The translations under genes and the position numbers were made by a program. From UHGV virus genome UHGV-0343432: 64,000 nt of DNA. One strand, given 5' to 3'. Of the stretch, positions 57,192 to 64,000 are shown one piece after another (the first letter of the stretch is position 1; the number at the start of each line of letters is the position of its first letter). Origin of the DNA: a virus. The notes beneath the pieces are model-generated. The model worked only from the letters and a program-made list of their open reading frames with translations. It was not told the origin of the DNA and searched no databases.

Positions 57192-58013
57192 TTATTGATT
57201 TCTTGTGTCTGTGAATTGGTGTAGTACAGTGATGTAATTTGTTTCTCTTGTTTTGATGTAACGGAGTAACCTAGTCACTAATCCTCTAGGCAGTGTAAAC
57301 GTAATATCTAGCTTCACATTTACGGGCGTGAGATAATCTTCAATGACACTCGCTAGATTCTCCCTAAAATCTTCTGGGTATTCAGTATAGTCATTTCCAG
57401 GTACTACCGTAATATTTATTTGCTCGATAGCACAATCTGTACACCCATTACGATATTCCGAGTTATAATCATACCTGATACCATCCTTCCTATCCTGAGT
57501 GTAGAGAGTGTCATACCTTAACCCTACATCATACCTTGTTGTACTCTTCCTATAAGATTTGTGGTCCTCTGGTTTAACTCTCAACCCAAACAATCCCAAG
57601 AACATGTTCAACCCATTAATGGTTCCCCTGTTCCTATGTATGTGTACTGCATAAGCAAGGTAGTCCTTGTATTGCTCATAAGTTTGGAAGGTCTCATATC
57701 TCACGTCTCCCCATAGCCAAGCTATGTAACGAAGTAATCCCAGATGGTCTACTTCTGGGATTTTATCTATATTCTGCGGGTCATTAAGATACTTTAACCC
57801 CTCAATCTTGGGAATTAACTTCTCATCCCAATCATTCATGAAAGCTTCTGTAAACCTCTCCAATGGTCCCGCATCTCCCATTTTCTCTTTTACCTCTTCA
57901 GATAATTGAGGTGAGAAGTTAGGGTCATTTTGGTCATTTTGTTTGAACCCACTTGGTAGGCTCTCCATAAACCAGTTAAGTTTATGGAGAATATTATCCC
58001 TAGATAGTTTCAT
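57192..58013 (-). CDS. baseplate/tail-fibre-attachment protein (P2 gpI / T4 gp7-like position)
   Basis: synteny between J-like and fibre genes. Confidence 0.3.
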   Translation of the reverse strand: MKLSRDNILHKLNWFMESLPSGFKQNDQNDPNFSPQLSEEVKEKMGDAGPLERFTEAFMNDWDEKLIPKIEGLKYLNDPQNIDKIPEVDHLGLLRYIAWLWGDVRYETFQTYEQYKDYLAYAVHIHRNRGTINGLNMFLGLFGLRVKPEDHKSYRKSTTRYDVGLRYDTLYTQDRKDGIRYDYNSEYRNGCTDCAIEQINITVVPGNDYTEYPEDFRENLASVIEDYLTPVNVKLDITFTLPRGLVTRLLRYIKTRETNYITVLHQFTDTRNQ

Positions 58014-59805
58014 TTGCGTACTCGTGAATAGTTAATTGAATGTTCTCCACTTTTAAAACAGGAACTGAGTTGTCAGATACTGGAATATCTACGTTGTTCT
58101 TGTAGGTTTGGAACTCCCAAGAATCACCCTCCTGTATACCTGGGTTGTTGAGTTGTAACTTGAATATGAATACATCATACTCGAGTGTAGTATACCCATC
58201 TGAACCAGGTGTAGTAGATACTCCCTCGAATGTTTTCACTTGGGCTCCATTCTTAGTTATGATTATCGTCATGGTAGAACCAGAGATTCTTGAGATAATC
58301 AAAGCCCAATAAGCATTCTCCGTGGGTACATACCTACTCTCACCCCCCACTACTTCTTTCTTAAAGTCAATGTATCCAGGGAATGTGATTTGAGCTGCGT
58401 TGGGATTTTCTGTTGTGATTGCCTTTCTCCCGTAAGGTAATAAGTAAAGTTCATCCAACGTAAGATGGTCAACAGCATCCAGGTTATCTACCAACGCAAT
58501 GATATCTGAAGTGTATATGGGTCTGTTGATATCTGAGTTGTTGTAGCTGTACTCGTTTACAAGGGCTGTCTCAACCAAAAGCTGGATATCTTGGGCTCTC
58601 TTCCCATACTTACCCCAGACAGTCAAACCTATATAGATTTGAGTTTCTCCAGCAGGGAAAGCCTGAACAGGTACTCCCAATACCTTTCTCATGTCAACAT
58701 AATCCTCTAGTTTCTTTAACAGTAACTCGTTGGCTTCTCCACCATTGTCAGGAGTGATATAGTAAGAGATACCTGTCTCGCATGAGAAATCAGCTCCTAC
58801 TTTATCAACACCTGGACAAAGTTTGGCTATATCAATGAAATCCTTGAAAGTTACCGCTCTATCTAAAGTTCTGAGAGAACAGCCAAGATGCTCCCTCATA
58901 TCTTCTATGTTCTCCCTATCTGAACCACCAGTTGCAGCATTTGGGTTAGTTATTAATAATGTATAACCCTCTAATGCGTTTGAAGGTTCAATAGTTGGGT
59001 TACCCTGAAAAGCCGTGATAGTACCTGAATCCAAGTTACCGTTAACTCCTTGAGTTATGTTGTAGGATAACTTAGCTTCAGCTCCTGCCCTCGGTATGGC
59101 TCCCCTGATTCCATCTCCAAACTTAGCTACGAATAATCCCTCATTCACGTACTCAACCACAAATACCTGATCATAGGGACTTGAGAACCCAAGTGTCTCA
59201 ACCAAATCCCATTGTTCACTGTCAATGTATATTGTACCTGAACCATCTGCGTAATTTGTGGGTAATGGTAATACTGGATTCTTACCTTCTGGTACAAGGC
59301 CAAGGTCTGTGTACTCATCTGGAGTAGTGGCACTCTTCACTGATTGTTCAAGGTCTAAAACTATTAAGTTAGAACCCTTTCTCATTACCACATCTCCCAT
59401 TTGCCTGAATGGTACTCCATTAGAACCCAATAGAATGTTCTCTCCCTTGAATATAATATCTTGTTGGGCTTCTGCTGGGTTACCTTCTGAATCCATGAGT
59501 TGTACTGTTACCCTTGCAGTCGATGGGATACGGGCTTTAATCCTGTAATCAATCAACCTTGATAACTGAATCATGGAAGAGATGTGTTTGGCTGTGTAAA
59601 CATATAACTCCCTTGCAGAAGTATCTACATAATAATTCAACAACTCAGTCAGAGCAGCCATGTAATCAAGAATGATCATAAAGATATTGCTCTGACTATA
59701 ATCTGTCATCTCTGGCAGTAGTGTCTTCACCCTATTAACTAGGGTTGTTTTAATGGCTCTGTATCCCCTGTCGAGATACCCTACCCATGGATTCTCTAAT
59801 TTCAT
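58000..59805 (-). CDS. baseplate wedge protein (P2 gpJ / T4 gp6-like)
   Basis: size and synteny immediately downstream of gp25-like gene. Confidence 0.45.
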   Translation of the reverse strand: MKLENPWVGYLDRGYRAIKTTLVNRVKTLLPEMTDYSQSNIFMIILDYMAALTELLNYYVDTSARELYVYTAKHISSMIQLSRLIDYRIKARIPSTARVTVQLMDSEGNPAEAQQDIIFKGENILLGSNGVPFRQMGDVVMRKGSNLIVLDLEQSVKSATTPDEYTDLGLVPEGKNPVLPLPTNYADGSGTIYIDSEQWDLVETLGFSSPYDQVFVVEYVNEGLFVAKFGDGIRGAIPRAGAEAKLSYNITQGVNGNLDSGTITAFQGNPTIEPSNALEGYTLLITNPNAATGGSDRENIEDMREHLGCSLRTLDRAVTFKDFIDIAKLCPGVDKVGADFSCETGISYYITPDNGGEANELLLKKLEDYVDMRKVLGVPVQAFPAGETQIYIGLTVWGKYGKRAQDIQLLVETALVNEYSYNNSDINRPIYTSDIIALVDNLDAVDHLTLDELYLLPYGRKAITTENPNAAQITFPGYIDFKKEVVGGESRYVPTENAYWALIISRISGSTMTIIITKNGAQVKTFEGVSTTPGSDGYTTLEYDVFIFKLQLNNPGIQEGDSWEFQTYKNNVDIPVSDNSVPVLKVENIQLTIHEYANETI

Positions 59806-60164
59806 AATGTATTGTTATTTAATGGTGTTATAAAGTTGATGTTGATGGCTATAGAACCATCTTGTTTTCTCTTGTATTCCACCACATCAACCTCACATCT
59901 GGTCTCTAACTGAACTACCTTGTCTATCACTGTTTTCTTTATTAGAGCCTCTAACACTAAGTCATTTGGCTCCTTGATAGTTTGGTATAACCCAGTACCA
60001 AACTGTGGGTTGTATGGTCTCTTGTTCAAAGGGAAAAGGAGTATGTTATTTATTGAACTCCTTAACACTTTGCTTGTTCCCTTTAGTTGGGGTCTTACCT
60101 CTCCTGAACTGTTTTGTTCAAAAGTGATTGGGAAACATAACCCCGTAATATTTCTTGTTGCCAT
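59802..60164 (-). CDS. baseplate wedge protein gp25/GPW family
   Basis: 120 aa; SSINNILLFPLNKRPYNPQFGTGLYQTIKEPND matches GPW_gp25 core (I..SI..IL.T..GER...P.FG). Confidence 0.6.
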   Translation of the reverse strand: MATRNITGLCFPITFEQNSSGEVRPQLKGTSKVLRSSINNILLFPLNKRPYNPQFGTGLYQTIKEPNDLVLEALIKKTVIDKVVQLETRCEVDVVEYKRKQDGSIAININFITPLNNNTL

Positions 60165-60165
60165 G

Positions 60166-61068
60166 TTATTTATGTGCTGGGTGTGTTAACGTCTTATCAT
60201 CATATTCACTAGATGCAAATTCTGAGATTGTACCTGCATAAGGTACTGTTGGTGCTGAGGGAGAACCCATTCCCGCAGTAGGATGCGTATGAACTTTATA
60301 ATCATTTATCAAAGACATTAATTCTTTTTGTAATTTGTTCAACCTATCTGTTAGAGCTCCAATAGCTACTGAATTCTCCCCTCCACCATTTATAATGGTT
60401 TTACCTTGTCCATCTAACTCAACTGAATCACCTCCACTACCAATTAGCTTGATTTGTCCTTGGCCATTCATCTCAACCTTAGATATGGTACCATCTTCCT
60501 CTATCTCCATAGTCAAGGAGGGTACTCCCAAATCTATGTTTATAGAACTTATGGTCTTCATGTCTTCATTTTGGAAGAGAAATTCAAGGTTTGAGTTGAA
60601 CTCATCTAGTTTAAATGAATTTCCTTTTGGAGTAGTTATTTCTATATAACTATTTTCTTTACTAGTATTTGATTCAGGCTGCTCAGAAATTAATAATTGG
60701 TACCCCTTTGGAGTTCTAAATCTATAAACCCCCTTTTTAAAGTTTATGACATCCTCTCCTTGAGAACCCTTCGAAGGGATATAAGGTCCAAAACTCCATA
60801 TTGGCAAGTGGTAATCCCCATTCACAAACTCTATTAAAACGTTGTCACCAACGTTAGGTATAATAAATGAACCATAGGTTGCTCCCATCCATTGACCTTT
60901 GGGTACAGCTTGTACTGGTAATATACCTTTACACACTGACGGTACTGATACAGAAATACGACCCCTACCTGTTGGGTCGTCATTCCTAAACACTACTCCA
61001 GAATAGGTACCATAAAATTTACCTCTCCTCTCGAGTCCCTCTTCTATAATATCTCTTAATCGTCCCAT
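60166..61068 (-). CDS. baseplate central spike protein (gpV/gp5-like OB-fold)
   Basis: YSGVVFRNDDPTGRGRISVSVPSV resembles gpV N-terminal motif. Confidence 0.5.
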   Translation of the reverse strand: MGRLRDIIEEGLERRGKFYGTYSGVVFRNDDPTGRGRISVSVPSVCKGILPVQAVPKGQWMGATYGSFIIPNVGDNVLIEFVNGDYHLPIWSFGPYIPSKGSQGEDVINFKKGVYRFRTPKGYQLLISEQPESNTSKENSYIEITTPKGNSFKLDEFNSNLEFLFQNEDMKTISSINIDLGVPSLTMEIEEDGTISKVEMNGQGQIKLIGSGGDSVELDGQGKTIINGGGENSVAIGALTDRLNKLQKELMSLINDYKVHTHPTAGMGSPSAPTVPYAGTISEFASSEYDDKTLTHPAHK

Positions 61069-63206
61069 TACTTTAATTGGCTTTGATCAATTCCCCTAGC
61101 TCTCGCAGCATCTATATAAGCCTGTTGGAATTTAGGGTCATTTGGTTTAACGTAATTAACTCCAGCTTCTCCAACAGCTATACTACCATCTGTTGGTACA
61201 TTGTATTTGTCCACTCCCTCTTGTCCCATATCTGTAGGCCAAGCTTGAGGGTTAGAAGGACCATTCCAGATAAACCTGGTGTTTACTCCAAATATAACTG
61301 AATCAATGAACCTTCTTCTTATATCCTCTGGGTCATAGTTCGTGAACTCCCTTACCTCATTCAACATGACAGTAGAAGTATCACCTACTTGCCTACACAT
61401 CTCCATAGTAGTTTTATATCCCCCAGAACCAGAGATTGAATGTCTCACAGATTTAATGTAATAATTCCCAGTATCAGCCCCCAAACCTGTTAGTTTTACT
61501 ACCATACCATCCATGATAGTTGGGTCTCCCTCTATGGTAACAGTAGCAGTTACTCCATTCATAGATGCTGCCATCAATTTATTGGCTACATTCCAAACTG
61601 CGTCACTCGAGATTTGTGGTTGTATATAAAACAAATGACCTGAGAACTCATTGGGTTTCTTGGTTTTCTTGTTTATAGAATCTATCGTGTAAAACGTATT
61701 GTGTTTCACTTTTGTGATAGGCTCATATTGTGGTAGTTTAGCATTTGCTCCTGCATTACCATGAGCTGTACCTGAACCAAGTTGGTCTATGATTTTTGCA
61801 AACCCAGACCTATATACTGGGTTACCTTCTTTGTCTTCTTCAGCCTCATACTCGTAAAGATATACTTTCTCAATACCCACATCTTTCTGTAAAGATTGGG
61901 CTGTGGCATAAGCTGCTCTGAAAGCATCATAATCCTCTAAGCTTACCTTCATACCATCTAACGTGTAAACAGTATTCTGATTAAGCATTAACCCTTGCCT
62001 ATTAGCTTCTACTACTCCTTGACCTACATATGGTCCCTCAGTGTATTTACTATCATACTCATAATAAGGTTTAGCCTCTATGTATAGTGATGATGGAGTG
62101 TTAAACGCTTTTGGATTATTGTTCAAAACCCTGTTGTATATATCCTCCATAGTTTTCAGAGCTGTATTGTATTGTACAACCTTACTCACTGTACGGAGGG
62201 TTGGGTCCTGTCCACTTGATTCAGCCTTATCCTTGTCTAAATCATCTGCATTGTATTTGATAGTACAATTAAGGATAGTGTTATCATCTGAATAGAAGTT
62301 GAACTGTCTTTGGTGGTTCCCAGTTATACCCCTACCATGAATCAAGAAAAGGTTACCTCTTCTCGTAACATACCAAGGTCCTTCTGGCATGAAAGATAGT
62401 ATTTGGTTTATTACAGCCATGATTTTATTGGCCGTGGTATTTATAATCCTTGGTGTTAACAAGAACTCTTTCACTGAATCAGGTAAATCACCCAAATCTT
62501 TGGCAGTTACTTTCTTATCTTCTTCTGGTCTTTCAAGGATAGAGTTATCCCTATATGGTCCAAGGTATACCTGCTCATCTGGATCCATACCAGGTGCATA
62601 AGGAGCCTTCGAACCACCACCCAGAAACCTTACTATAACGTTGTATGAATCCCATACAAATTGAGGTGGTATATAACCATTCCCTTTCTTCACTTTATTA
62701 CTCTTAAACCCAACTTTACCCTTATGAGTGATAACAAGTTCAAGGTTTTCTCCACATACCCCCATAATGTATTCAAGTGGAGACTGCATGATAGTTGTGG
62801 TTTGGTTATCTTCTTGAGGTCCATACTCATCTGTTTCATTCTCATCCATTATGGCATCACTATCTGGTGACATTATATCTAGTGGAGAGGATAAAGATGA
62901 TAGGGTTATATTTGTAGATAATCCCTTCTCAGTATATTTTCTTGTAACATCTCTGATAATGTAAGGGATTGTATCAGACATATTACCGTCTGTATACCCG
63001 AATGACATATACACTAAACCCTCATAAACAAAACCACAGGAATGTAATAAAGCTACATTCCTGGATTCAAAACCTAATTCTATGTCATCCTTACCGTCAT
63101 CTTTCCACTTACAATCAAACATCGTTAACCGTATGTTTGACCCATCAGGACATATCTCTAGCCCTGTTGGAGTGGTTAAACGTACTGTAGGTATCCTAGT
63201 TCCCAT
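61068..63206 (-). CDS. baseplate hub / late-control-gene-D-like protein
   Basis: synteny between LysM X-like and spike genes; 712 aa. Confidence 0.35.
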   Translation of the reverse strand: MGTRIPTVRLTTPTGLEICPDGSNIRLTMFDCKWKDDGKDDIELGFESRNVALLHSCGFVYEGLVYMSFGYTDGNMSDTIPYIIRDVTRKYTEKGLSTNITLSSLSSPLDIMSPDSDAIMDENETDEYGPQEDNQTTTIMQSPLEYIMGVCGENLELVITHKGKVGFKSNKVKKGNGYIPPQFVWDSYNVIVRFLGGGSKAPYAPGMDPDEQVYLGPYRDNSILERPEEDKKVTAKDLGDLPDSVKEFLLTPRIINTTANKIMAVINQILSFMPEGPWYVTRRGNLFLIHGRGITGNHQRQFNFYSDDNTILNCTIKYNADDLDKDKAESSGQDPTLRTVSKVVQYNTALKTMEDIYNRVLNNNPKAFNTPSSLYIEAKPYYEYDSKYTEGPYVGQGVVEANRQGLMLNQNTVYTLDGMKVSLEDYDAFRAAYATAQSLQKDVGIEKVYLYEYEAEEDKEGNPVYRSGFAKIIDQLGSGTAHGNAGANAKLPQYEPITKVKHNTFYTIDSINKKTKKPNEFSGHLFYIQPQISSDAVWNVANKLMAASMNGVTATVTIEGDPTIMDGMVVKLTGLGADTGNYYIKSVRHSISGSGGYKTTMEMCRQVGDTSTVMLNEVREFTNYDPEDIRRRFIDSVIFGVNTRFIWNGPSNPQAWPTDMGQEGVDKYNVPTDGSIAVGEAGVNYVKPNDPKFQQAYIDAARARGIDQSQLK

Positions 63207-63498
63207 AGTTCATTGTTTCAAGGTTATCCCTATTAGGGAAAATAAACTCTTTACCAACTGGTAATTCTAAGGGGTCTGTGAATTTGTCTTGGTTGTATGC
63301 GGCTATGATAAACCATAAGTTATGATTACCATAGTATTTCAAAGATATATCCATCAGAGTTTCTCCAGAAATAACAGTATGGTATATTGGATTACTCATC
63401 GTAAAGATAGGTACGTAGGATAAAAGAGCATCTGGTTGATTAGTATCTTCATTCCTATATAACCTACCTAAATCGTATAGGTTAGTGTTTATGTTCAT
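63196..63498 (-). CDS. LysM-domain tail protein (P2 gpX-like)
   Basis: YHTVISGETLMDISLKYYGNHNLWFIIAAYN...LPVGKEFIFP LysM signature. Confidence 0.55.
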   Translation of the reverse strand: MNINTNLYDLGRLYRNEDTNQPDALLSYVPIFTMSNPIYHTVISGETLMDISLKYYGNHNLWFIIAAYNQDKFTDPLELPVGKEFIFPNRDNLETMNYGN

Positions 63499-63911
63499 CT
63501 CTGTGTGGTATTAATCACCTTGTATTGGATATCTCCCCAAGTGGGATTAAATTTAGATACCCTTTGCAAGGTTATGGTTTGAATGATATGTAAAGGAACT
63601 ATCTTACTCTCACCCGCTACTCCCGTGAATTGTTTAATCACGTATGGTGCTGATATGATAGTGTAATCTACATCCTCTACTCCAAGAACTCCTATGAGGT
63701 TTATCACTGGGGGTTGTCTCTTATACCCATCGGCTTTCGAGTAAGATTCAATCTTCTTACATAAAGCGAATACTCCAGTATAATCTCCTTTTGTAGAGTA
63801 CCAATCAATATCAAAGGATACTGTATCCTTACCACCCAAGTACTGTAATGGTGGTGAGTTTCTTCCGAATGCACTTATGTTAACCCAAGTTGATTCTGGT
63901 TTAAAGTCCAT
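63495..63911 (-). CDS. tail assembly protein (gpU-like position)
   Basis: synteny only. Confidence 0.3.
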   Translation of the reverse strand: MDFKPESTWVNISAFGRNSPPLQYLGGKDTVSFDIDWYSTKGDYTGVFALCKKIESYSKADGYKRQPPVINLIGVLGVEDVDYTIISAPYVIKQFTGVAGESKIVPLHIIQTITLQRVSKFNPTWGDIQYKVINTTQR

Positions 63912-63943
63912 ATCACTGGGTATGAATGGTAACTCTATCTTGT

Positions 63944-64000
63944 CAAAAGAATCTCCCTTGTCAAGGTCATAGAATGCAAGGATGTATAATTTCCTACCGG
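63944..64000 (-). CDS. 3' end of upstream tail gene (partial, frame uncertain)
   Basis: open minus-strand frame from window end terminating with TAG at 63944-63946. Confidence 0.2.

Noticed and set aside
1-64000. CRISPR arrays, tRNA genes, reverse transcriptase/DGR, integrase/attachment sites
   Set aside because: No regularly spaced direct repeats were seen. No convincing tRNA T-arm/cloverleaf was identified by eye in non-coding stretches, and a tRNAscan run would be needed to be sure. No YxDD reverse-transcriptase motif or recombinase catalytic motif was seen in any ORF.

Overview
This window looks like part of a large virulent tailed dsDNA phage genome with low GC content. Conserved Bacteroidota-type promoters (TTTG at -33, TAnnTTTG at -7), the absence of Shine-Dalgarno sites and lipoprotein-like signals suggest a Bacteroidota host.

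Gene order from left to right:
- 1..2033 (-): a terminase large subunit that runs past the window start and is absent from the ORF track. It carries a 325-aa intein with an HNH endonuclease.
- A putative DNA cytosine-5 methyltransferase, then a small plus-strand cluster ending in a canonical thymidylate synthase.
- A membrane/structural block.
- An atypical boundary region at roughly 11.9-14.9 kb. It contains a G-quadruplex-prone stretch, an AT-rich island whose only ORF is flanked by perfect inverted repeats, TGTCAAAAA iterons, and GC- and pyrimidine-rich non-coding islands.
- 13.6-31.6 kb (-): a long minus-strand early block of about 45 small, mostly acidic ORFs. At least nine copies of a conserved roughly 55-bp promoter drive them, and a NusG/KOW-like factor and an HTH sigma-region-4-like protein sit at its end.
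- 32.2-53.7 kb (-): a T4-like replication/recombination/nucleotide-metabolism module. It holds a resolvase-like nuclease, SbcC/SbcD, dNMP kinase, FEN, RecA/UvsX, ligase, and a family-A DNA polymerase with a second, paralogous HNH intein. It also holds two divergent ThyA-fold paralogs (one with Asp, not Asn, at the position aligning with ThyA Asn177), an HNH homing endonuclease, a GroES-like protein, a MazG/dCTPase-like protein, an SF2 helicase, a primase, a second HNH, and a DnaB-like helicase.
- 54.5-64 kb (-): a P2/T4-like baseplate and tail-fibre module (X, D, V, W/gp25, J, I, fibre).

The most interesting candidate system is a multi-enzyme deoxypyrimidine/DNA modification pathway: three ThyA-fold enzymes, a kinase, a dCTPase-like protein and a C5-methyltransferase. 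Also of note are the paired homologous inteins and the inverted-repeat-flanked AT-rich island.
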